Shown: one piece after another, positions 27,363-37,356 of the stretch
Layout of the letters: each line of letters opens with the position of its first letter
Position numbering within the stretch: position 1 is the stretch's first letter
Source: Candidatus Melainabacteria bacterium 17Bon1m
GTDB lineage: Bacteria > Cyanobacteriota > Vampirovibrionia > Obscuribacterales > Obscuribacteraceae
Length of the DNA stretch: 64,000 nucleotides
Assembly (NCBI GenBank): GCA_032128875.1
Contig: JAVLKG010000001.1
Span: forward strand, 985,453-1,049,452
Direction of reading: 5' to 3'
Notes under the pieces: generated by a model
The model's input: the letters and a program-made list of their open reading frames with translations, nothing else
Told to the model about the DNA's origin: nothing
The model's database searches: none
Translations under genes and position numbers: made by a program

Positions 27363-28433
27363 TCATGCGCTCTTTTTATGCAGCCAATCTGGGGCGTCAA
27401 GCTTATTGGCTGCATACCAGGCTTGCGGGTCTTTCTTTAGGTTTTGAATCATTAATGGAATTGTTTCCAACAGTTTGTGCTTGGGGTGCCAATCCAGAAA
27501 GATTTTTGCGCGACTAATGTCGAGTTCATAGTGGTCGTCTACTCGATCGATCATCCATGGTTTAATGAAAGTTTCGCCTATTTTGTCTTGGACCCAAGCA
27601 CCTGCTTTGGCAATCGGTTTTGGTATTGGTTCGATCAGAGCGGACTCACCATAGAGTTCTTGCGAAATCGCTTCTTGAATGTCTCGGTAAGAAGACGCTT
27701 CTTCTTCGCCCAGAAGAACGGTAAATGGACTTGGTAGTTCGTTTCTTTTTTCCAACGTCGAAACGCATGCTTCCATCAAGTCATCGAGATGCAAAAAAGT
27801 TTGACCGACATTCACATCACCAGGATAGAAAATACTCGTCAGCTGTTTTTCGTAAATTCGTTGAATCTGATGCGAGACCGGAATTGAATTGCAGTTATCG
27901 TCGTAGATGCCGGCGACTCTCAGAATCACTTTTGGGAATTTAGTTTCGGTTTTTTCCAGTAGCTCTTCAGTTTTGATTTTTGAGTTTGGGTAAGCCCAGG
28001 TCCCTTCAACTGGTGAGACCTCAGTGATCAATTCGCCAGGCATGGTTGGCTTATGTACAAGCATGCTGCTAGTAAAGACAAACTGCCCCACGTCAAATCG
28101 TTCCAGTCCACGTAGCAATCTTTCGGTGCCCTGTACTGTCACTTTGTCATACATGTCACTATCTTCGCCGGAAAAGCTGTAATAAGCAGCGAAGTGGAAG
28201 ACAGAGTCGATTTTCCTCCCTATGCGGTGCTCTAAAATATGGAACGCATTTTGGACGCTTTCGTCCGACGTCAGGTCGACCGACAACCAATCAAAGTTTT
28301 CCGGCGGGTGTGGAGGCCCTTCATTGTCGAACCCGAAGACTCTGCAGGTACGGTCGAGAACCAGTCCGAGAGCGCTGCCAATCAGCCCACTGCTGCCCGT
28401 TATTAGGACATTTGGTCTTTCATTGCTTTCCAT
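27363..28433 (-). CDS. NAD-dependent epimerase/dehydratase
   Basis: ITGSSGLIG, HFAAYY, YPNSK (YxxxK). Confidence 0.9.
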   Translation of the reverse strand: MESNERPNVLITGSSGLIGSALGLVLDRTCRVFGFDNEGPPHPPENFDWLSVDLTSDESVQNAFHILEHRIGRKIDSVFHFAAYYSFSGEDSDMYDKVTVQGTERLLRGLERFDVGQFVFTSSMLVHKPTMPGELITEVSPVEGTWAYPNSKIKTEELLEKTETKFPKVILRVAGIYDDNCNSIPVSHQIQRIYEKQLTSIFYPGDVNVGQTFLHLDDLMEACVSTLEKRNELPSPFTVLLGEEEASSYRDIQEAISQELYGESALIEPIPKPIAKAGAWVQDKIGETFIKPWMIDRVDDHYELDISRAKIFLDWHPKHKLLETIPLMIQNLKKDPQAWYAANKLDAPDWLHKKSA

Positions 28434-28444
28434 AATCTTTCAGC

Positions 28445-29392
28445 TTGCGCCTCCAAAAACTGCTCTGTACTGGGGTTGACCGATTTGTTTCTCGGGTGTT
28501 CCCTAACCTTTCAAAACTGACCTCATTTCGTCAAAGTCTTTGGTCTAGAATTAAATATGGAGCACCTAATCGGGGCGGGATTTGCTTGAAGAGCACAAAA
28601 GGGCACTGCAGGATCGGTCTGCTGAATTTGAGGTGGTATTTGCCAGCTGTGTTCTTTTCTGTTGCAATACTGCTTAAACCAGCTTCTGCTGCGCTAAAAG
28701 GCGAGACTTGTACTGTTCTGCGTCAATACGACTATAAGCTTGGTGAGATTGTAGTCTGCCTCGGCGAAAGTCACGCGCGAGTTGATTGTATGAATGGTCG
28801 ATGTACCATCGTTGCGTCTGCGCCAGACTGGAAAGTTACCGTCTTCAATAAAGATAAGCAGTATTTATCGTCCGACAGTAAGAGGTGGCGAGAGTTCGGG
28901 CTTGAGGGCATTTCCAAAAGCCGACGAATGATCTTTGATGGCAAACTAGTGCCCCTTTCGAAGGTAAAGTTTTTGGGGCTTAATGCTGTTCAGGTTAATA
29001 GAGTTCTAAATTCTGAGCCATCCGAAGGCTTTGATATTGCCTTTCAAACAAAGAAGAGAAAACAGCCCACAACAAAGCTTTATTCAAGAATCAGCACAGA
29101 CACTGCTTCAAGCGATCTTAAGTTCAATCCAAAGATAAACGATTTTGTTGAAGGACTTTATCTTACTCCACCAAATGCGCGGGTATTTTTATCTGCTGTT
29201 TCAACTGAGCAGGGAGAGAAGAGAACAACCTTTGGAACTCATTCAATCAAGAAGGAGACCTTTCCAATCGAGTATTTCCAGGTTCCAAGTGGATTGAAAA
29301 AGGCATACTCCTATTCCACTGTAATTGCAGGACGCGAAGTAGAAGGAGTGCTAATGGAAGTTTTGGGTGACGAGCGACCAATTAAGAAGTGA
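28445..29392 (+). CDS. hypothetical secreted protein (paralog of 60005..60865)
   Basis: ASAPDWKVTVFN and FQVPSGLKK motifs shared with the 60005 ORF; true start probably downstream. Confidence 0.6.
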   Translation: MRLQKLLCTGVDRFVSRVFPNLSKLTSFRQSLWSRIKYGAPNRGGICLKSTKGHCRIGLLNLRWYLPAVFFSVAILLKPASAALKGETCTVLRQYDYKLGEIVVCLGESHARVDCMNGRCTIVASAPDWKVTVFNKDKQYLSSDSKRWREFGLEGISKSRRMIFDGKLVPLSKVKFLGLNAVQVNRVLNSEPSEGFDIAFQTKKRKQPTTKLYSRISTDTASSDLKFNPKINDFVEGLYLTPPNARVFLSAVSTEQGEKRTTFGTHSIKKETFPIEYFQVPSGLKKAYSYSTVIAGREVEGVLMEVLGDERPIKK

Positions 29393-29402
29393 GCTTCTGT
29401 GG

Positions 29403-31115
29403 TTACTTCTTGTCTTTGCGCAGTTTGTCCTTTTCTTTTTGTTTGGCTAGTTTTTCAGCACGGCGCCTTGCTTCTTCTTCAGCGTGTTTTTTCGCAATCG
29501 CCTGATTTTTCTCTTCTTCTTTTTTCTCCAAATAATAGTGATAGTTACCGCTGTAGCTCACCAGCTCACCATCGCGGATTTCTATTATGCGATTGGCGAT
29601 TTTGGAGATGAAATAGCGGTCGTGAGAGATAACCACCACCGTTCCAAGGTAATGAGTGATGGCTTCTTCGATCATCTCTTTGGCTGGAATATCAAGGTGG
29701 TTTGTAGGTTCATCAAGTACCAGAAAATTTGCGGACTGGAGCATCATTTTTGCCAACGCCAGACGCGCTTTCTCTCCACCGCTCAATGAGCCAACCTTTT
29801 TGAAAACTTCATCACCCGGGAAGAGAAAACATCCCAGGAGCGTTCTTATTTTGGTATCAGGCCAGTCAACGACTTCATCAGCGATTGTACTCAATACAGT
29901 TTTGTTCAGGTCTAGCGCTTCTGCTTGGTTTTGTTCGAAATAGGCTGGAATAATGTTGTGCTCGCCCATTGTGCATGTTCCTTCCGTGGGCTTTTCCGAA
30001 CCCATTAGAAGTCTAAGCAGAGTCGATTTTCCGCTGCCGTTCGGCCCCAGCAATGCAATTCTGTCGCCACGGTCGATATCGAGATTGGCGCCCAAGAAGA
30101 CGACTTTATCGCCATAGCTGTGAGTCACATCGCGAATCGTTGCAACTTCTCGTCCACTGCGAACCGCTTCTGGAAAGCGAAATCTCAGCGTTGTTTCTTC
30201 TGTCTCTGGTGCGTCGATAATTTCGATTTTGTCGAGCTGTTTCTCACGGCTCTTAGCTTGAGTGCTACGAGTTGCACTGGCACGAAATCTGTCGACGAAT
30301 GCTTGTTGTTTTTCCAGCTCGCGTTGTTGGCGCTCGTAGGCTGCTTGTTGCGCTTCACGCACTTGCTGTCTGGCTGTGACGTAAGCGGTGTAGTTGCCCA
30401 GGTAGCACGTAGAAACACCGCGCTCAACTTCTACAATGCTGGTACACAAGCGATCGAGAAACTCTCTATCGTGAGAAATGATCACCATGGGTATACTCAA
30501 GCCCTTCAAATATTTTTCCAACCACTCGACCGTTTCCAAATCAATATGGTTGGTAGGTTCGTCTAGCAGCAGAAGTTGCGGTTCTTGCAACATAATTTTG
30601 CCGAGACCTATCCGCATTTGCCAGCCACCGCTGAACTCGCCGACTAGCCTATCTGCATCAGCCAGCGACATGCCAATTTCCGGCAAAATCTTTTCGGCTT
30701 TGTGCTCTAGTGCATATCCATCTTTTGCCTCAAACTCTCGCTGCAGCTTGTCCAAGCGGTTCAGCAATTTGTTCATCTCTTCGGGCGGTGCCGTCTCCAT
30801 CTCGTGCTGCACCACATGCAGTGCATGCCGGATTTCTTCGACGTCCTTAAATGCTCTCAGCAATTCATCGACGACAGTATTCTCTACATGAACATCGAAC
30901 TCTTGGCTGAGGCAAGCGATTTTCAGCCCTGCCGGTTTGATGACGTTGCCCGATGTCGGTTCAATTTCACCCATGATTATCTTGAATTGCGTCGTTTTGC
31001 CTGCGCCATTGGCGCCGACTAATCCAATTCGTTCTCCGGTCTTAACTTCCCAGGTGACTTCTCTAAGTGCTTCGCCGGTGGGGAAGATTTTGCTAATTTT
31101 GTCGAGTCTGAGCAT
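29403..31115 (-). CDS. ABC-F family ATPase
   Basis: Two ABC domains (GANGAGKTT/FSGGW; GPNGSGKST/LSGGE) with linker RFRASATRSTQAKSR; no TM segments. Confidence 0.95.
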   Translation of the reverse strand: MLRLDKISKIFPTGEALREVTWEVKTGERIGLVGANGAGKTTQFKIIMGEIEPTSGNVIKPAGLKIACLSQEFDVHVENTVVDELLRAFKDVEEIRHALHVVQHEMETAPPEEMNKLLNRLDKLQREFEAKDGYALEHKAEKILPEIGMSLADADRLVGEFSGGWQMRIGLGKIMLQEPQLLLLDEPTNHIDLETVEWLEKYLKGLSIPMVIISHDREFLDRLCTSIVEVERGVSTCYLGNYTAYVTARQQVREAQQAAYERQQRELEKQQAFVDRFRASATRSTQAKSREKQLDKIEIIDAPETEETTLRFRFPEAVRSGREVATIRDVTHSYGDKVVFLGANLDIDRGDRIALLGPNGSGKSTLLRLLMGSEKPTEGTCTMGEHNIIPAYFEQNQAEALDLNKTVLSTIADEVVDWPDTKIRTLLGCFLFPGDEVFKKVGSLSGGEKARLALAKMMLQSANFLVLDEPTNHLDIPAKEMIEEAITHYLGTVVVISHDRYFISKIANRIIEIRDGELVSYSGNYHYYLEKKEEEKNQAIAKKHAEEEARRRAEKLAKQKEKDKLRKDKK

Positions 31116-31289
31116 TGCCGTTGAGTTTCCCTGTGAGCTTTTATCCGATTAACAAAGCTCGTGTTTCTCTGAGACGCGGAAGCCGCGTACCCAACTATTA
31201 GAGCACTCTTACGACAAAATGGCGTAGAGACAACGAAAAAGCCTAATTTTTTGGCTATTATTTCTCCACACAAAAGGAGACATTGGCGC

Positions 31290-33092
31290 TTGGGAATTCT
31301 CGTCAGCTGCCAGACAATCAGCAAGTCATACAGTTCTCGACCACTCTTTACCGACATCTCATTTGGGATTGAAGAACGCGAGCGGATCGGCCTTATCGGT
31401 CCAAACGGCGCCGGTAAATCAACTTTGCTTAAGATATTGGCAGGCATGGTCGAACCTGATGGCGGGTCTGTCGTATCCCGCAGGCAGCTTCGTATCTCGT
31501 TCTTAACACAAGAACAGACTTATCCAGCCGATGCAAGTGTCGCGGACATCGTCGCCGCTGCCGCTCGGGAGGTTGAATTTGAAGAGCATGAGCGTGCCGC
31601 TTCCGTCGACTCGACCCTCACCGATATCGGCTTCCCTGACCGCAATGCCAAGGCAGGTACGCTTTCTGGGGGATGGAAAAAACGTTTGGCAATTGCCTGC
31701 GTTTTAGCCCAGCAACCTGAACTTCTGTTCATGGACGAACCTACCAACCATTTGGACCTGGAAGGTATTCTGTGGCTAGAGGGTGTTCTCAAGAAATCTA
31801 ATTTTGCCTACCTCGTAATCAGCCACGACAGGGCGTTTTTGGAGTCAGTAGCCAATCGAGTCATCGAACTCAATCCAACCTATCCGCAGGGTTTCCTCAG
31901 CGTAAAAGGCAATTACAGCCAGTTTCTCGAAGCTAAGGACTTGCAGGTCGAAGCGCAGGTCCACCAGCAGCAAGCATTGGCGAGCAAGGTCAGGCGCGAA
32001 ATTGCATGGCTGCAGCGCGGTGCCAGAGCGCGTCAGACAAAGGCACGTGGTCGCATTAAGGACGCGGGGGAGCTGATGGAGCAGTTGGCGGAAGTGAAGC
32101 AGCGAAATTCGCTCACTTCGCCTGTCGAAATAGGCTTCGACTCATCTGGACGCAAAACTAAAGAACTTCTCTCTTTGAAGGGCATTTCTAAATCGGTCGG
32201 CGGACGCAAGCTTTTGTCGGATTTTGATTTGGTAATTTCGCCTGGGACAAAACTCGGAATTGCCGGTCGTAATGGCACAGGCAAGACAACTCTTTTGAGA
32301 ATCATTGCGGGCGATTTGCAACCTGACAGTGGAACAATCAAGCGAGCTGACGAACTCAAGGTTGTCTGGTTCGATCAAACCAGAGAACAATTGGATCAGA
32401 CGAAAACCCTCAGAGACTCGCTCAGTCACCAGGGAGAGTCAGTTACTTATCGTGGCAGAAACATGCATATAGCAAGTTGGGCGAGGAAGTTTTTGTTCAA
32501 GCCCGACCAATTGAGCATGCCGATCAGTTATCTTTCTGGCGGTGAGCAAGCGCGCATTCTCATTGCTAACTTGATGCTAAAAACCGCTGATATCCTCATT
32601 CTTGACGAACCAACAAACGATCTCGATATTCCATCGCTTGAAGTTCTTGAAGAAAGTTTGGAGGATTTCCCGGGAGCGGTGATTCTCGTAACTCACGACC
32701 GAATGATGCTCGACTCTGTTTCTAAATATCTTCTTGCGCTCGATGGGAAGGGCAAAGCCGAGTTCTTTGTTGATTACGAACAGTATGAGCAGGTTGCCGA
32801 AGAGTTTGCCGCTGAAGAAGATGTTAAGCCTGCCAAGCAAGAGAAGCCTGCAAAACCAGCAGGTAAAGTTCGTTCGGGCTTGTCCACTGCTGAGGCGCGC
32901 GAGCTGGAGCGGTTGCCTGACAAAATTGAAAAGAAAGAAGCATCGCTTTTGACAATTCAGGCTGATATGAGCAAGCCAGAGGTGTCATCGAATCACGTAA
33001 AACTGCAAGAATTGATGAAGCAGCAAGAGCAAGTACAAAGGGAACTAGATCAGCTATTCAAAAGCTGGGAAGAACTTGAAGCCAAACGGTAA
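31290..33092 (+). CDS. ABC-F family ATPase, Uup-like
   Basis: Two ABC domains, linker REIAWLQRGARARQTK, C-terminal coiled coil ending WEELE; TTG start after AAGGAG. Confidence 0.9.
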   Translation: MGILVSCQTISKSYSSRPLFTDISFGIEERERIGLIGPNGAGKSTLLKILAGMVEPDGGSVVSRRQLRISFLTQEQTYPADASVADIVAAAAREVEFEEHERAASVDSTLTDIGFPDRNAKAGTLSGGWKKRLAIACVLAQQPELLFMDEPTNHLDLEGILWLEGVLKKSNFAYLVISHDRAFLESVANRVIELNPTYPQGFLSVKGNYSQFLEAKDLQVEAQVHQQQALASKVRREIAWLQRGARARQTKARGRIKDAGELMEQLAEVKQRNSLTSPVEIGFDSSGRKTKELLSLKGISKSVGGRKLLSDFDLVISPGTKLGIAGRNGTGKTTLLRIIAGDLQPDSGTIKRADELKVVWFDQTREQLDQTKTLRDSLSHQGESVTYRGRNMHIASWARKFLFKPDQLSMPISYLSGGEQARILIANLMLKTADILILDEPTNDLDIPSLEVLEESLEDFPGAVILVTHDRMMLDSVSKYLLALDGKGKAEFFVDYEQYEQVAEEFAAEEDVKPAKQEKPAKPAGKVRSGLSTAEARELERLPDKIEKKEASLLTIQADMSKPEVSSNHVKLQELMKQQEQVQRELDQLFKSWEELEAKR

Positions 33093-33094
33093 TC

Positions 33095-33145
33095 GTGGGT
33101 GCGCGTTGCACGCGCCCAAATAGGAGCGCGGGCGGCTCGCTCGCA
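33095..33145. repeat. two adjacent REP-like palindromes
   Basis: GTGGGTGCGCGTTGCACGCGCCC (33095-33117) and GGAGCGCGGGCGGCTCGCTCGCA (33123-33145). Confidence 0.55.
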
Positions 33146-33168
33146 TTTTTTCACAAAGAGGAAAGGAA

Positions 33169-34533
33169 ATGAATTCGTTATCTGCGCGCCTGGTAGTCTT
33201 AGCCGCAACACTGTTGGCAGCAGGCACTGCACCTTTCGCTTTTGCTGATGACGCGTCTTTCAAGAAGCACATGGACGCGGGAGTTGAAGCGCTTAAGAGC
33301 TCCAACTATTCCGATGCCGCCAACAGCTTTTCCGAAGCACAGAAGGTTGCTGAAGCTGACCATAATGATTTCTATCTTTCGCTGAGCATGAGTAGAATTG
33401 CTGATATTCGTTTGCGAGAGAAAAAGTACAGCGAAGCTGAGACACTGTTCAAGCAGTCACTGGTCCTCGCTGAAAAAGCAAAAGGACCTGGGCGGTCCGT
33501 TGTATTGATGGATCTGAATTCGCTGGGGACTCTGTATATTGCACAAAGCGATTATGCTCAAGCCGAAACATATTTGAAGCGCGTAATCGCCATGCTCGAT
33601 AGCAACACATCTGACGAAGTCGTCAATCGTAAGTTCTTGCCGACCGCGCTCGACAATCTTGCTGTTGTCTATCGTAATACCAAGAAGTTTGACCAAGCGG
33701 AAGCTCTCTATAAGAGAGCAATTCCGATGTGGGAAAAGCTTGCAGGGCCGGAAGACTCTGATACCGCCACAAGTATCAATAATTTAGCGGCGCTTTATTA
33801 TTACGAGCGGAAATATACGGAAGCTGAGCCACTTTTTGTTCGTTCGCTCGCCATTAGAGAGAAGACCCTTGGCGCAAACCATCCTGAAGTCATCAACAAC
33901 GCGAACAATTTGATTTTGGTCTATCGCGCATTGAAGAAAACATCCGAAGCTGAAGAAATTTCGAAGAAATTTGCTGGAGCAAACGGTGGTGACGGCACTT
34001 CTCCTGCTGTTTTGACTGGTGCGGGCGTTGATACTGATGAATGGTCAAAACACGTTCAAGCTGGACGTGAACATCTTAACGCTCAGCGCTACGCAGAAGC
34101 AGAGAAAGAACTTCAAGCTGCTGTAGCTGAAGCCGAGAAGGGCGGAGTCGAAGATCGTCGATTGGCAGCCACCTTATATAATCTCGGCCACGTCTACGCT
34201 AAACAGAAAGACTACGAGAAAGCAGAAGCAACGTACAAACGTTCGTTGAATATTTGCGAGAAAATCTGCGGCGACAAGGACAAAGAAGTACATCGCACAA
34301 TGACGAGTCTTGCGAAGCTCTATACAGAAGAGAAGAAGTACGAGCTGGCAGAACCTCTGTTCAAGCACGTTATCGATGTTCAGCAGAAAGCACTTGGTCG
34401 CAATCACCAAGACGTTGCCGAAGCGCTGAACAATTTAGCTGCGATGTATTCACAAGCCGGACGCAAGTCTGAATCAGCTTCTTGCGAGAAGCGCGCTAAA
34501 TCAATTGGTGCGAAGAAAGGCAAGATTCAATAG
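33169..34533 (+). CDS. secreted tetratricopeptide repeat protein (kinesin light chain-like)
   Basis: Repeated SINNLAALYY..AEPLFVRSLAIREKTLGANHP motifs; signal peptide. Confidence 0.92.
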   Translation: MNSLSARLVVLAATLLAAGTAPFAFADDASFKKHMDAGVEALKSSNYSDAANSFSEAQKVAEADHNDFYLSLSMSRIADIRLREKKYSEAETLFKQSLVLAEKAKGPGRSVVLMDLNSLGTLYIAQSDYAQAETYLKRVIAMLDSNTSDEVVNRKFLPTALDNLAVVYRNTKKFDQAEALYKRAIPMWEKLAGPEDSDTATSINNLAALYYYERKYTEAEPLFVRSLAIREKTLGANHPEVINNANNLILVYRALKKTSEAEEISKKFAGANGGDGTSPAVLTGAGVDTDEWSKHVQAGREHLNAQRYAEAEKELQAAVAEAEKGGVEDRRLAATLYNLGHVYAKQKDYEKAEATYKRSLNICEKICGDKDKEVHRTMTSLAKLYTEEKKYELAEPLFKHVIDVQQKALGRNHQDVAEALNNLAAMYSQAGRKSESASCEKRAKSIGAKKGKIQ

Positions 34534-34552
34534 CAAATTATTGAGAAATTAA

Positions 34553-35785
34553 GTGAAAACGCATTGCAAAAGAGAGCGCTTCATACTTCCGAGTTTTCTG
34601 TTAGCACTGTTTGTCTGTTTTGTGATGTGTGAGCAAAGTGTTTCTTCTGCCGCGGTTGGTTTTTATAAATTTGAAGATCTTCGTTGGGGTCTCGTTGATA
34701 GAGAAGGAAGAGTAACTCTTTGGGAATCTGACATCGTACCGCTCTCAGGTAGATCTGAAGGTTTGATTGTCTTTGGGAAGAATAAAAGTTTCCCAAATGG
34801 AGGAGTGATCGATAAGCTCGGCAAACGTCGCAAACTTAGAGACTGGGTGCTTTTTGAAAAGACCAAGTTTGTTGATGGTCTAGCACTGGTTAAGGATTGG
34901 ACGAAAGAGAGAAAGTGTGTTTATTGCAGATTGGACGGAAAGAGAGCGTTTAAAGAGACGTTTAACAATGCTGAGCCGTTTTCTGAAGGATTAGCCGCCG
35001 TAGCTAGCCTCAATGGCAAACGATGGCAATCGGATAGAGGTTATGACTGGAGATACATAGATCAGACTGGGAGAACAGTTTTACCAGGTCCATACTCTTT
35101 TGCTGGCCCCTTTGTCAATGGAAGAGCCGTAGTAGAACGGAGAGCGAAGAGGTATGTGCGAGCGTTGATAGATCGAAAAGGTACCATTTTATTTGAGATG
35201 AAAAACGCAGAACTTTCGAACTTGAGTTCTGATGGATATTCGCTACTAACTTACTCGGCAAAAGATCAAGGCAGAGCAGAATTGAATGAAAGTCAATTGA
35301 AAGAGGACGAATTCAATTACATACGAATGAACGACTCTAGGAGGAATTGGGCGGGCCCATGGCGTACCGTCCGTGATTTGCTAGACATGGATGGGAAGGT
35401 GGTTGCGCGCGACGTTCCCATGTTGAATTATTCCGACGGGCTAGGGCTTGTGCCTTCAAAACATGGATTCGAGTTTGCAGATAAATCTGGAAAAGTAGTC
35501 GTGTCTTGGACGGCGGAAGATCGGCCAACTCCATCGAAGCAGCCAATTTTCGTTGAAGGCTTTGCGATTCTGCCAATCGCGAAGTATCGAACTTGCGGTC
35601 GTCTATACCGTGGTTATGAGATGCCCTCACACCAACCTATTTTGGGTTTCCTCGACAAAAAATCCAAACTGTTAAATGTCAAACTGCCGCCGGGGCGTTT
35701 CATATTGGATGCCTATCCATTTTCTGAAGGTGTTTCTGTAATTGAAACAGCAACAATAGCAGTGGACAAAACGGCGCGATTCTAG
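34553..35785 (+). CDS. WG repeat protein
   Basis: WGLVDREG, PFSEGLAAV, YIDQTGRTV, FVNGRAVV repeats. Confidence 0.8.
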   Translation: MKTHCKRERFILPSFLLALFVCFVMCEQSVSSAAVGFYKFEDLRWGLVDREGRVTLWESDIVPLSGRSEGLIVFGKNKSFPNGGVIDKLGKRRKLRDWVLFEKTKFVDGLALVKDWTKERKCVYCRLDGKRAFKETFNNAEPFSEGLAAVASLNGKRWQSDRGYDWRYIDQTGRTVLPGPYSFAGPFVNGRAVVERRAKRYVRALIDRKGTILFEMKNAELSNLSSDGYSLLTYSAKDQGRAELNESQLKEDEFNYIRMNDSRRNWAGPWRTVRDLLDMDGKVVARDVPMLNYSDGLGLVPSKHGFEFADKSGKVVVSWTAEDRPTPSKQPIFVEGFAILPIAKYRTCGRLYRGYEMPSHQPILGFLDKKSKLLNVKLPPGRFILDAYPFSEGVSVIETATIAVDKTARF

Positions 35786-35790
35786 TGTTC

Positions 35791-37182
35791 CTACTTTCCT
35801 AAAAGTCCTTGTAAATACTTTGTACAGCGAGGAAATGCTTGGCTCAGACCAGTAGATCTCTTATTGTCGCTTGGCGAAATTGTAGCGAGGAAAAGTTCTG
35901 CGAACATCTCCGAACGTCCTGCATCATTTTCTTGCAGAAAATACTCCCAGGTTCTTCTCTGTTCGCTGCCCAAGTATTTTCCATCGTCTTCATATGCTTT
36001 GACGAATTCTTCCGCCTTCGAGTAGCTGCCGGTATGGTCGTATGCATGCCCCATCTCATGCAGCGCTGTCGTAGGAAGATACCAATTTTCCTGTAGTGGG
36101 CTGTTTTGCCAAGAAACTCGTTCGCAGAGATAAATCTTCTTTGGACCAGGACTAAACATGCCACCACAATTGTCGTAGCCACCACCATGATACCCACGCG
36201 GTTTTTCAATGTTTAGTTCTGGATGTGCAGACAACATGTCTGGCACAATGAAGATGGTGATGCCAGCGCTTTTTACCGACTCTTGAACTCGCTTCGGCAC
36301 TTTTGCGATGGCTGTTCTCACTTGCTGTTCTGTTTTGTCTGTGTATTGCGTTCTTCGAAAAATTTCGATTGGTACAAATATCTCTGCTTTTGGTTGAACG
36401 ACTGTTGGATTAGGAGGTTGTGAAGGATAGCTTGTTGTTCTCTGTGATGTGTTGGTCCTGCTTGCAGTCGTTGCAGTACTGCCGCCAACCGGAACCGTTG
36501 GACTGCTTGTGGTGTATTTTCTTGGTGTTCCTTGCGGCTTCCTTCCACCTCCTAGTTCAACGTTGAAACTTTGCTTGCCTCGTTTCACCTTCAGGTGTAA
36601 CGCACCACCGCTGGGGTTAGAGAGCGACTCCAACAAATCCTGATCTCCAGGGTACTCCCTCACGTTTGTCCCATTTACATACTCAATTTGATCGCCCGGA
36701 CGGAGTCCTGCATACCAGGCTGGAGAACTCTCGTCAACGCTCTCAATGCGATAATTGTTCGAGGCTGATAGTCCAGTGTAAATGCCACCATGTTTGATGT
36801 CATCCTGTTCGGAGGCTGCTTCGATCGCTGCCTCCGAGACTCCACGCACAAGATCACATTTGTATCGGTTAGCTCCTCTCACTATGACTAGCGACAGCTT
36901 TGTACCCGAAGGTCCAGTTATCAGATTTACAACCTGCTCCAGTTTCTTTCCAGCTGAAGGCACATTGTTTACTGACTCTATTTTGTCGCCGCGAAGTATG
37001 CCCGCCTTTTGCGCAGGCGAGTTTGGCATAACATACTCAACAATAATGTTCTCGTTGAGTTTCATTCCCGTGAAGCCTTTGTCAGCAAACGCAATTTGGC
37101 AACTTACTGTCGCTGCGATCAGTAAAGCTGTTTTCGCCGATTTGAAAAACTGCATGGTCGTTGCTCTTTGTGTCATCGTCAA
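35791..37182 (-). CDS. secreted protein with two PDZ domains and an anthrax-LF/Pro-Pro-endopeptidase-like zincin domain
   Basis: NSPAQKAGILRGDKI and SSPAWYAGLRPGDQI (PDZ); KPRGY, LHEMGHAYD, EMFAE (zincin). Confidence 0.8.
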   Translation of the reverse strand: MTMTQRATTMQFFKSAKTALLIAATVSCQIAFADKGFTGMKLNENIIVEYVMPNSPAQKAGILRGDKIESVNNVPSAGKKLEQVVNLITGPSGTKLSLVIVRGANRYKCDLVRGVSEAAIEAASEQDDIKHGGIYTGLSASNNYRIESVDESSPAWYAGLRPGDQIEYVNGTNVREYPGDQDLLESLSNPSGGALHLKVKRGKQSFNVELGGGRKPQGTPRKYTTSSPTVPVGGSTATTASRTNTSQRTTSYPSQPPNPTVVQPKAEIFVPIEIFRRTQYTDKTEQQVRTAIAKVPKRVQESVKSAGITIFIVPDMLSAHPELNIEKPRGYHGGGYDNCGGMFSPGPKKIYLCERVSWQNSPLQENWYLPTTALHEMGHAYDHTGSYSKAEEFVKAYEDDGKYLGSEQRRTWEYFLQENDAGRSEMFAELFLATISPSDNKRSTGLSQAFPRCTKYLQGLLGK

Positions 37183-37356
37183 CTGTTGTTCGTCCAGACC
37201 TGATATACCACTTCTTTCTCATTCTTCAATCAAGTGTGTATCTAAGGGAGTACGTCGAGAATTTGCGCTTCTCTTAGAACAAAAAACACTTGTTCTCGAA
37301 GAGTTTCCTCGTCGATTTCATTTGTAGGAAGGTTGGACATCGTTTTCGGTTCGATA

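Noticed and set aside
27336-27365. TGA read-through (Sec) fusing the epimerase and VKOR
   Set aside because: An in-frame TAA follows four codons later, and there is no SECIS-like hairpin.
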